Source of the DNA: Bacteroidales bacterium UBA1392
Lineage (GTDB): Bacteria > Bacteroidota > Bacteroidia > Bacteroidales > UBA932
Reading direction: 5' to 3'
NCBI GenBank assembly: GCA_002305275.1
Contig: DBQO01000020.1
Coordinates: 2,963 to 66,962, forward strand
Length of the DNA stretch: 64,000 nucleotides
Below, one piece after another: positions 18,298-26,261 of this stretch. Both the position numbers and the translations under genes were made by a program. The notes beneath the pieces were generated by a model, which saw only the letters and a program-made list of their open reading frames with translations, had not been told where the DNA came from and made no database searches. Positions within the stretch are counted from its first letter, which is position 1. The number at the start of each line of letters is the position of its first letter.

Positions 18298-19965
18298 CTA
18301 ATCCACAAATTGCATTTTATAATAAGCCGCCGTGAGTTTTTCTCCGGTGGCTTTTTCTATCATTTCATTCCATTCGTAACGCATTCCGGGATTGAATACA
18401 TATTCCTGAAGCCATTCGCCAACCGCTTTATTTTCAAAATAGCAATCATTAGCCATATCTCCGCTATTGGTAACGTTGGTTACAATATAATGGTGCAATT
18501 GGGAAGCCAGCAGGGCTCCAAGCTGGTAGTTGTGGTAATAGCAAGGATAGAGTGCGATGTGGATTTTTGAGGCCCAGTCGGGTTGGTTGCGTCCTTCGGG
18601 GCGCTTGAGGAGTTGGTATTTCTCTACAAGATCCCACCAGAGAGTATTTAAGTCCTGTTCTGGATTGGCATACATCTCCTTTTCAAAGCGGTACATAACC
18701 TGTGTCCAGCGGCTGAAGACAAGTTGCTGGAGACGGAGCGAACGGATACAATCTTCATTTATGGCAGCTGCCTCTTTTTCGGGAAGACCCACCATGATCT
18801 TCATCCATTCCGTATTTCTGGACAACCTGTCAAACATCATTGCCACAGCCTCCGTAGTGAAACTATGCGCCGCTTCCCGTAGGAAGAGAGGGTTGCCAGC
18901 TGCATCGTGTCCGACAGCATAAACAGCGTGGCCGAATTCGTGTAGCATGGTGGACATCCACTGCTCGGTATCTGAAATGTTGCAGAGGACACGTACATCT
19001 CCGTTACGATCAATATCTATACAGTAAGCATGCTGATTTTTACCGTCACGTGGATAGAGGTCACTATTCATCATTACAGTGGTCACATCAAGACCGATGC
19101 TATTGTAGAAATCGGTAGTCATAGTTTCGAGGTTGTGCCCTTTGTAATATTTGTCAAAATCAACGGGGTAGAGATCGGGAGCCTCTTGGAAAAATCTTCC
19201 CTGGTAGTGCCAGGGCATCAATTTGTCTACGGGGATTTTGTATCTCGCGGAGAACATTTTATCCATATCCGCCTTGAGGGCGGCAAATCCCTCATTTGTC
19301 ATCTCGTCAAGCTCATCAAATAGTGCTGAAATCTCCTCCGGATCCTGTTCCGAAAGAGTTAAAGACATAGTGTGATAGTTGTCGAACCCTAGTGACTGAG
19401 CCAACTTATTACGAAGTCGAACAATCTCCAGTACGTCTTCTGCCACGAAAGTACCTATCGCTTTGTGGGCATTCCAAATCTCTTCGAGAGCTTTGTTGTC
19501 GGTGGATGTTCTTAGTATCTCTTCTACAAAATTGTCGTTTACCTTTTCTCCACGAAATTCAGCACGGAAACCGGCATATTTTTGTTCCAGTAGGCTCTCC
19601 TTCTCTATGATAAGATTTTGCAGAGTTGTGTCAGCCTGTCCCTTTAAAAAGGAGAGGTAGATTATATCCAATTCTCTTTTGAGTATCGGATTCTTTACCC
19701 TGCCGCTTTTACGCATTCGGCTGAGTTTGTCAAACAATACCTTATCCGAATAGATTTCGGCGGTTTTGATGCCGGCCTGTGCATACCTTTGAAAATCTTC
19801 GGGATTGCCGCTCGTAGTACCGGCCCAATAACTTTTTGATGATTCCACATAGAGTGGTAGTAGCTTGCCCTCTAGTTCGGATATGAGGGACTTTAGCTCT
19901 TTCTCAGGGTTACAGCTTGTCAACATAACGAGTGAAAGTAGCAGAAAAGTGTATATTTTTTTCAT
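18298..19965 (-). CDS. M2 (ACE-like) family zinc metallopeptidase lipoprotein
   Basis: 555 aa. Lipobox LTSC. HEFGH followed by ...LREAAHSFTTEAVAM, which parallels the ACE pattern HEMGH...LREGANPGFHEAIGD. Confidence 0.65.
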   Translation of the reverse strand: MKKIYTFLLLSLVMLTSCNPEKELKSLISELEGKLLPLYVESSKSYWAGTTSGNPEDFQRYAQAGIKTAEIYSDKVLFDKLSRMRKSGRVKNPILKRELDIIYLSFLKGQADTTLQNLIIEKESLLEQKYAGFRAEFRGEKVNDNFVEEILRTSTDNKALEEIWNAHKAIGTFVAEDVLEIVRLRNKLAQSLGFDNYHTMSLTLSEQDPEEISALFDELDEMTNEGFAALKADMDKMFSARYKIPVDKLMPWHYQGRFFQEAPDLYPVDFDKYYKGHNLETMTTDFYNSIGLDVTTVMMNSDLYPRDGKNQHAYCIDIDRNGDVRVLCNISDTEQWMSTMLHEFGHAVYAVGHDAAGNPLFLREAAHSFTTEAVAMMFDRLSRNTEWMKIMVGLPEKEAAAINEDCIRSLRLQQLVFSRWTQVMYRFEKEMYANPEQDLNTLWWDLVEKYQLLKRPEGRNQPDWASKIHIALYPCYYHNYQLGALLASQLHHYIVTNVTNSGDMANDCYFENKAVGEWLQEYVFNPGMRYEWNEMIEKATGEKLTAAYYKMQFVD

Positions 19966-19967
19966 GG

Positions 19968-20438
19968 TCAGAATTTTTTATTCATTTCCCATATAGAGTT
20001 GAGATTGAATATTGCAAGCTCATCCTCCTCTATGACCTCAAGCAGCAGGCGTTTAAGAGTCAGCTCCTTGACCTGGAACTGCGAAACAATGTTTGTATTG
20101 AAGTCTTTTTTACCTTGAAGAAGCCCATCGATAGGGAAACTGATATTTAGAATGTAGTTATCTTTGTCGTAAGAGAATGACCCGGTGTAGCTTGCAATCA
20201 TCATATTGGTTTTTGCCGTACCCTCCCAAATCTGGAATTTGAACGTTCCATTTTTTTCAAACACAAAAGAATAACGTGTTTCCGCATAATTGAGTTCAAT
20301 CTCACCTTCATAAACTTTTGCTACATCCCACTGACCATAAAGAAGATACTCCTCATTTATTAAATCCCTGACAAACTGACATCCGGAAAGAGAAATCAGA
20401 ACCGCCATTATAAGCGAAAATAGTGTCAATTTTTTCAT
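19968..20438 (-). CDS. small lipoprotein, hypothetical
   Basis: I chose ATG 20438 (MKKLTLFSLIMAVLISLSGC lipobox). The track's 20498 start adds 20 aa that overlap the upstream gene. Confidence 0.6.
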   Translation of the reverse strand: MKKLTLFSLIMAVLISLSGCQFVRDLINEEYLLYGQWDVAKVYEGEIELNYAETRYSFVFEKNGTFKFQIWEGTAKTNMMIASYTGSFSYDKDNYILNISFPIDGLLQGKKDFNTNIVSQFQVKELTLKRLLLEVIEEDELAIFNLNSIWEMNKKF

Positions 20439-20494
20439 AATTAGGATTTTAGTAACACACGAAGGTAATAAAAAAAAGAATAAATCGTACTCTT

Positions 20495-21253
20495 TCATTC
20501 AAAAAACATAGGTCCGAAATGTTCAGGCTTATGGAAATTGGGAGAGGGAATCGGTATCGGATGCCAGCTCAGATAGTGTGGAACGGGCATTTCATCCCCG
20601 CATTTATAAAAGTTCCCTCTGACTGTACGTCCTGAGAAACCGGAGAACTCTGAAAGAGAGTAAATGGACTTTGGGATAGCGATGGTGAGAGTCCACTCCT
20701 GTTCGCCGGCACGCTCACCAAAGGGTTCACTGCCGAGAGTTGACTCTCTTCTGATCTGACTTATTACTTCATCACCAAAACGGGTACGCTGCTTACGGTC
20801 AGGACCTCCTGCAAATGTGCCGTGACCTATACAGTTCATCTCAAGGTTGTAATAGATGGAATCTTTGTCGGATGGGATCATGAAAAATTCCACACAGGAG
20901 TCGGTGTAGGGTTTCGAGCCGGCATCATATCCGAAAGTTGCTCTGACACCCTCTTCCTTCACAACATACTGGAGATAGATCTCTTCCGCTGAATGTGCTA
21001 TGCGGAATTTCACCTCCGGTTTGTAACCATACTCCTTCCAGTTGATCACCGCGATGGGGTTAAATTCAATTTTTTCTCTCTCAAACATTGCGGCAACATC
21101 GGCTACGGAGGGTTTTGCAGAGTCGAAAACCACTTTTTTAACTCTCAATACAGGCATACTATTTGAACTTTCTTTGCCACCTCTATTGCAGTTACATCCG
21201 GTGAGCAATGTTAGGCTCAATAGAGCTATGGCTAAATGGACAATTTTTCTCAT
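20495..21253 (-). CDS. carbohydrate-binding family 9-like lipoprotein
   Basis: 252 aa. Lipobox LLTGC. The central region resembles CBM9/DOMON-like proteins as I remember them. The functional call is weak. Confidence 0.5.
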   Translation of the reverse strand: MRKIVHLAIALLSLTLLTGCNCNRGGKESSNSMPVLRVKKVVFDSAKPSVADVAAMFEREKIEFNPIAVINWKEYGYKPEVKFRIAHSAEEIYLQYVVKEEGVRATFGYDAGSKPYTDSCVEFFMIPSDKDSIYYNLEMNCIGHGTFAGGPDRKQRTRFGDEVISQIRRESTLGSEPFGERAGEQEWTLTIAIPKSIYSLSEFSGFSGRTVRGNFYKCGDEMPVPHYLSWHPIPIPSPNFHKPEHFGPMFFE

Positions 21254-21309
21254 GGTTTCAAAGGTATAAAAAAAGTAGTGATTGCATTGCTATTATCCTA
21301 TATTTTTAC

Positions 21310-21317
21310 TATTTTTG
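21310..21317 (+). promoter_or_regulatory. candidate -7 promoter box for ppdK
   Basis: TATTTTTG, 62 nt upstream of ATG 21380. Confidence 0.4.
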
Positions 21318-21379
21318 CAGTTTATGAATGGAAAAATAACAATTTGTCAAACAACAAAAAATAAAATATTTAATTATCT

Positions 21380-24097
21380 ATGACAAAAAGAGTTTACCGC
21401 TTTGGCGGCAAGAGTGCTGAAGGAAATGGCACTATGAAAAACCTCCTCGGAGGAAAAGGAGCTAATCTTGCAGAGATGTGTACTCTCGGGATGCCGGTTC
21501 CCGCAGGTTTTACGATCACCACTGATACCTGTACCGAGTATTTCGCACTTGGTGGCAAGTATCCCGATGGACTTAAGGAAGAAGTTGCAGCGGCTTTAAA
21601 AGCCACTGAAGAGATAATGGGAATGAAGTTCGGTGATGGCAAGAACCCCCTCCTGTTATCCTGTCGCTCGGGCGCAAGGATGTCAATGCCCGGTATGATG
21701 GAAACAGTCCTCAATATCGGTCTTTGCTCTGCCACAATTCCGGGACTTATCGAAAAGACAAAAAATCCCCGCTTCGTATATGATGCATACCGCCGTCTGA
21801 TTATGATGTATTCAGACGTGGTGATGGAGAAGTCTGAAGGCATCGAGCCTGAGGATGGTAAAGGTATCCGCGTACAGCTTGACAATATGCTGCACGACCT
21901 CAAGGAGAAGAAGGGCTATAATAGTGACACCGACCTGAACGAAGAAGATCTTAAAGACCTCTGCGACCGCTTCAAGGTGCGTGTAAAAGAGGTTCTCGGC
22001 AAAGAGTTTCCGGATGATGCACAAGCACAACTCTGGGGCAGTATCGGTGCGGTTTTCAAATCATGGAATGGTAAGAGAGCCATAGCTTATCGCCGTATCG
22101 AGGGTATTCCCGATGAATATGGTACCGCCGTCAACGTACAGTCAATGGTGTTCGGCAATATGGGATCAAATTCCGCCACCGGCGTAGCATTCTCCCGTAA
22201 CCCCGCTACCGGTGAGCACACTTTCTATGGTGAGTGGCTCGTAGATGCACAGGGAGAGGACGTAGTAGCAGGTATTCGCACCCCCAATCCCCTCAATGAA
22301 TCGACTAAGAATGAGCACAACAAGCACTTGGCCTCTCTTGAGAAGGCTATGCCTGAAGTATACAAGGAGCTCGACCATATCCAGGATCACCTTGAGCATC
22401 ACTTCTCTGATATGCAGGATATCGAGTTTACCATCCAGGATGGAAAACTCTGGATGCTCCAGTGCCGTGTTGGTAAGAGAACCGGTTTTGCAGCGCTAAA
22501 TATGGCGATGGATATGATAAAAGAGGGAATGATAGATGAAAAGACCGCAGTTATGAGAGTTGCCCCCAAGCAGCTTGACGAGATACTTCACCCGATCCTT
22601 GACCCTGAGGCAGAAAAGAAGGCTACTGTGATTGCAAAGGGTCTTCCTGCAGGTCCCGGAGGAGCTGTGGGGAAAATTGTCTTCACTTCAGAAGCTGCAA
22701 TTGAAGCAGCCGCAAAAGGGGAAAGGGTAATCCTTGTGCGTGAGGAGACCAACCCTGAAGACGTAGAAGGTATGCGCGCAGCTGTAGGATTGCTAACTTC
22801 GCGTGGCGGTATGACCTCTCACGCTGCTTTGGTAGCCCGTGGGTGGGGCAAGTGCTGTATTGTAGGCTGTGATGCCATCAAGTTTACAACCTCCGGTAAT
22901 AAGAGGGTTATGACTATAGGTAACAAGACTTATAAAGAGGGTGATATGTTCTCTCTCAACGGCACAAAAGGTCACGTATACGATGTAGCACTCAGCACAG
23001 TGGATGCTTCCGAGAATCCTCGATTCGTAGAGTTTATGACTATGGTGGATAAATTCCGTACGCTTGGAGTTCGTACCAATGCCGACACCCCTGAAGATGC
23101 TCTCAAGGCAATTGAATTTGGTGCCGAAGGTATTGGTCTCTTCCGTATTGAACATATGTTTTATGGTAAAGACTCTGAGGCTCCACTTTCAAAACTCCGC
23201 AAGATGATTCACGCCTCTTCTCTTAAAGAGAGAATTGATGCTCTGAAGGAGCTTGAGCCTTTTGTTGTTGATGCAACAAGGGAGACGATGCGTGTTATGA
23301 ACGGCAGGCCCGTGACATTCCGCCTCCTCGATCCTCCCTTGCATGAGTTCGTGCCCCAAACCCTTGAAAAACAGAAAGAATTGGCGAATGAACTTGGCAT
23401 CACCCTTGACGAGATTAAGGAGAGGGGAGAACTCCTCCATGAGGTCAACCCTATGATGGGTCACCGCGGAGTTCGTCTTGGTATCACCTATCCCGAGGTA
23501 AGCCACATGCAGTTTAAGGCTATTTTCACTGCAACGGCACAGCTCTTGAAGGAGGGTCTAACCCCGCAACCTGAAATCATGATTCCTGTAACCATCTCCC
23601 CCAAGGAGCTCGATTTCCAGAAGGCCATTTGCGACAAAGCTTTGGCAGAGGTCGAGGCAGCTGAGGGTGTTAAGATCAAATATCTCTATGGTACTATGAT
23701 CGAAATCCCCCGCGCAGTAATCCTTGCACCTGAGATGGCCAAGTCTGCTCAGTTCTTCTCATTTGGTACAAATGACCTTACCCAGATGACCTATGGTTTC
23801 TCAAGGGATGACATCGGTGCCTTTATGAATGACTATATGGAGCATGGAATACTCTCCTTTGACCCCTTCCAGACTCTTGATTTGAGTTCTGTCGGAAAAC
23901 TTGTAAAGTTAGGTCTTGATGGAGGACGCTCCACCAGTCCGAAACTTAAGGTTGGTATTTGCGGAGAGCATGGTGGCGACCCTGATTCGGTACGTTTCTG
24001 CCACCAGGTAGGGATGGACTATGTATCATGTTCACCTTTCCGTCTACCCATTGCAAGACTCGCAGCTGCTCAGGCAGCCATTGCTGACAAGAAGTAA
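21380..24097 (+). CDS. ppdK: pyruvate, phosphate dikinase
   Basis: 905 aa. ATP-grasp N-terminus, phosphohistidine swivel (GGMTSHAALVARG) and PEP-utilising C-terminus (FFSFGTNDLTQ). Confidence 0.95.
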   Translation: MTKRVYRFGGKSAEGNGTMKNLLGGKGANLAEMCTLGMPVPAGFTITTDTCTEYFALGGKYPDGLKEEVAAALKATEEIMGMKFGDGKNPLLLSCRSGARMSMPGMMETVLNIGLCSATIPGLIEKTKNPRFVYDAYRRLIMMYSDVVMEKSEGIEPEDGKGIRVQLDNMLHDLKEKKGYNSDTDLNEEDLKDLCDRFKVRVKEVLGKEFPDDAQAQLWGSIGAVFKSWNGKRAIAYRRIEGIPDEYGTAVNVQSMVFGNMGSNSATGVAFSRNPATGEHTFYGEWLVDAQGEDVVAGIRTPNPLNESTKNEHNKHLASLEKAMPEVYKELDHIQDHLEHHFSDMQDIEFTIQDGKLWMLQCRVGKRTGFAALNMAMDMIKEGMIDEKTAVMRVAPKQLDEILHPILDPEAEKKATVIAKGLPAGPGGAVGKIVFTSEAAIEAAAKGERVILVREETNPEDVEGMRAAVGLLTSRGGMTSHAALVARGWGKCCIVGCDAIKFTTSGNKRVMTIGNKTYKEGDMFSLNGTKGHVYDVALSTVDASENPRFVEFMTMVDKFRTLGVRTNADTPEDALKAIEFGAEGIGLFRIEHMFYGKDSEAPLSKLRKMIHASSLKERIDALKELEPFVVDATRETMRVMNGRPVTFRLLDPPLHEFVPQTLEKQKELANELGITLDEIKERGELLHEVNPMMGHRGVRLGITYPEVSHMQFKAIFTATAQLLKEGLTPQPEIMIPVTISPKELDFQKAICDKALAEVEAAEGVKIKYLYGTMIEIPRAVILAPEMAKSAQFFSFGTNDLTQMTYGFSRDDIGAFMNDYMEHGILSFDPFQTLDLSSVGKLVKLGLDGGRSTSPKLKVGICGEHGGDPDSVRFCHQVGMDYVSCSPFRLPIARLAAAQAAIADKK

Positions 24098-24106
24098 TTT
24101 GTTTCT

Positions 24107-24148
24107 AAAAGCTCCCGAACGCCTTAGTTGTGTTCGGGAGTCTTTTTT
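24107..24148 (+). terminator. intrinsic terminator after ppdK
   Basis: 9-bp stem CTCCCGAAC/GTTCGGGAG at 24112-24120 and 24132-24140, followed by TCTTTTTT. Confidence 0.75.
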
Positions 24149-24165
24149 GTTTTATTGGTGCAAAT

Positions 24166-24660
24166 ATGAGACAACCTGTACTGAAACCCTTCAATGATGC
24201 CCGTTCGATTGGTGTAATACTAAATCTCAGAAACTCCAATTGTCCCGATACAGTCGCTTTTCTAGATCAGGAAGCGGCCCGACACGGCATCAAACTCCAT
24301 TATCTTTTGGTAAACCTTCATAAGCATCCCATACCGCAATGGTGTCTTGATTCCAGAATGACCGTAATCAATTACAAACGTGACTTCACTCATACGGGCA
24401 AACTCAAGTCCGATACTGCGGATGCATTCATCAACACGGAATTTGATTTCTTGTTCTCTGTTTCAACCCATTTCCATCCTGTAGTAAAAAGAATTGCAAC
24501 TCTATCCAAGGCGGCTTTTAAAGTGGGCAAATATTTCTCGAGGGACAATCCCTATGATCTTACATACAGACCATCATACTCGGAAAGGGATCTGGAACTT
24601 TCAAAAGAGTATGTGGCCAACATACACCTTATCACACTATCTGACAATTCTGACAACTGA
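24166..24660 (+). CDS. hypothetical protein, coupled to the DUF368 gene
   Basis: I chose ATG 24166 because the track's start at 24130 lies inside the ppdK terminator hairpin. The gap to the next gene is 3 nt. Confidence 0.55.
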   Translation: MRQPVLKPFNDARSIGVILNLRNSNCPDTVAFLDQEAARHGIKLHYLLVNLHKHPIPQWCLDSRMTVINYKRDFTHTGKLKSDTADAFINTEFDFLFSVSTHFHPVVKRIATLSKAAFKVGKYFSRDNPYDLTYRPSYSERDLELSKEYVANIHLITLSDNSDN

Positions 24661-24663
24661 TAT

Positions 24664-25563
24664 ATGTCAAAATTAAGACACTACCTTCTCGTTACCGTCA
24701 AAGGCCTCTGTATGGGAGCTGCTGATGTAATTCCGGGAGTTTCAGGCGGTACAATCGCTTTTATTACCGGTATTTATGGCGAACTAGTCGAATCTATAAA
24801 GTCCATCGACCTCGGAGCAATCAAACTCCTTTTCACAGGGAAGTTCCGTGAATTTTGGCTCAAAATCAACGGCAATTTTCTCCTTGCACTTGTACTGGGC
24901 ATTCTGATAAGCATCTTTTCTTTAGCAAAGGTGATGCAATATCTGCTGGTACACCATCCCATACCTTTGTGGTCCTTCTTTTTCGGGCTTATCCTGGCTT
25001 CTCCCATCTATATAATAAAAGAGGTCGAGAGCAAGAAACTCATTCATCTGATTCCGACTATTGTCGGAATTGCAGTAGGAGTATTTATCTGCCTCATATC
25101 ACCCACCGAGACCACAGAAGCACTGTGGTTTGTATTCCTTTGCGGGGCCATCGGAATTTGCGCCATGATTCTTCCGGGGATCTCCGGCAGTTTTGTTCTG
25201 CTCCTTCTTGGAAAGTATGCCTTTATAATTGGTGCAGTGAGCGACCTGAATATTCCCGTTCTTCTGGTTTTTGCAGCCGGTGCAGTTATCGGTATAATAC
25301 TTTTCTCTAATTTCCTCTCCTGGTTGCTTAAGAAGGCCTACAACGGTACCTTGTTTTTCCTTTCAGGCCTGATGATAGGTTCTCTTGTTAAAGTCTGGCC
25401 CTGGAAAAAGCTCCTCGAGAGTGGAGTGGATCGTCCGGTACTCCCGGGAGAATATAGTGGGGATCCTCAATTGATTCAGGCTCTGATATGGTTTGCGGTG
25501 GGAGTGCTCCTCCTGTTCGGAATAGAATATCTCGCTAAAAGATTAAAATCTGCAAAACAATAA
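24664..25563 (+). CDS. DUF368-family integral membrane protein
   Basis: 299 aa, polytopic. Has the repeated IPGVSGGT / LPGISGSF motifs characteristic of DUF368. Confidence 0.8.
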   Translation: MSKLRHYLLVTVKGLCMGAADVIPGVSGGTIAFITGIYGELVESIKSIDLGAIKLLFTGKFREFWLKINGNFLLALVLGILISIFSLAKVMQYLLVHHPIPLWSFFFGLILASPIYIIKEVESKKLIHLIPTIVGIAVGVFICLISPTETTEALWFVFLCGAIGICAMILPGISGSFVLLLLGKYAFIIGAVSDLNIPVLLVFAAGAVIGIILFSNFLSWLLKKAYNGTLFFLSGLMIGSLVKVWPWKKLLESGVDRPVLPGEYSGDPQLIQALIWFAVGVLLLFGIEYLAKRLKSAKQ

Positions 25564-25587
25564 TATTGATGGAAAAGTGCCTAAAAA

Positions 25588-25618
25588 TTTGTACGTTGTG
25601 AAAAAATATGTACTTTTG
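25588..25618 (+). promoter_or_regulatory. rplS promoter (-33 TTTG plus -7 TACTTTTG)
   Basis: TTTG at 25588-25591 and TACTTTTG at 25611-25618 with 19-nt spacing, which fits the published Bacteroides consensus. The predicted leader is about 80 nt. Confidence 0.55.
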
Positions 25619-25702
25619 CAGTCCCAAAACGAAAAGCAACCTCTTGACATTAGTCTCGGAGGCTTCCGAAGCAGCAATGTTGCGCTAAAACTTTAATTTA
25701 AA

Positions 25703-26077
25703 ATGGATTTAATTAAGATCGCACAGGAAGCCTGTGCACAGGAATTAAAACAGCTTCCTGATTTCAAGGCAGGAGACACAGTTACAGTTACTTATAAGAT
25801 TAAGGAAGAAAACAAAGAGCGTTTCCAGAAGTTTCGTGGTATTGTAATCCAGAAACGCGGAGAGGGCGCTACAAAGACTTTTACAGTACGTAAGATCTCC
25901 AATGGAGTAGGTGTAGAGAGGATTTTCCCTCTATCATCACCCCTGATTGAGGATATCGAGGTCAACAAAGTTGGTGCAGTACGTAGAGCACGCATATTCT
26001 ACCTACGACAGCTCACCGGCAAGAAGGCACGCATCAAAGAGAAGAGAGTTGCCCGTCAGACCCCCAAAGCTGAATAA
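25703..26077 (+). CDS. rplS: 50S ribosomal protein L19
   Basis: 124 aa. FKAGDTVTV...[10 protein letters not shown]...[18 protein letters not shown] is a classic L19 sequence. Confidence 0.95.
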   Translation: MDLIKIAQEACAQELKQLPDFKAGDTVTVTYKIKEENKERFQKFRGIVIQKRGEGATKTFTVRKISNGVGVERIFPLSSPLIEDIEVNKVGAVRRARIFYLRQLTGKKARIKEKRVARQTPKAE

Positions 26078-26091
26078 CAGTTTTTTCATAA

Positions 26092-26165
26092 GGCCCCATA
26101 GCTCAACTGAATAGAGTATTTGACTACGGATCAAAAGGTTACAGGTTTGAATCCTGTTGGGGTCA
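26092..26165 (+). tRNA. tRNA-Arg (anticodon ACG)
   Basis: I folded the 74-nt cloverleaf by hand. Acceptor GGCCCCA/TGGGGTC, D-stem GCTC/GAGT, anticodon stem TTTGA/TCAAA with loop CTACGGA, T-stem ACAGG/CCTGT. No CCA is encoded. Confidence 0.9.
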
Positions 26166-26204
26166 CAAGAGAGGGAGCGACAAATTTCGCTCCCTCTCTT
26201 GTGA
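26163..26204. terminator. 18-bp perfect hairpin between tRNA-Arg (+) and purL (-)
   Basis: TCACAAGAGAGGGAGCGA, loop CAAATT, TCGCTCCCTCTCTTGTGA. The left arm starts in the last 3 nt of the tRNA. There is no clear U-tract. Confidence 0.5.
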
Positions 26205-26240
26205 CAATTCGCGCCAATTTGCGCCAATTCACTCCAAATT

Positions 26241-26261
26241 CGGCTAACGGCCAACGGCCAA
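26241..26261 (-). repeat. heptamer repeat (TTGGCCG TTGGCCG TTAGCCG on the minus strand) spanning the purL stop
   Basis: Read directly. It encodes the last five purL codons (L-A-V-G-R) and the TAG stop. Confidence 0.8.

Noticed and set aside
21259-21266. TAnnTTTG-like boxes only 5-7 nt upstream of ATG codons (also 2833-2840), suggesting leaderless mRNAs
   Set aside because: The 8-mer has low information content in AT-rich DNA, and two cases are not enough. Transcription start mapping would be needed.
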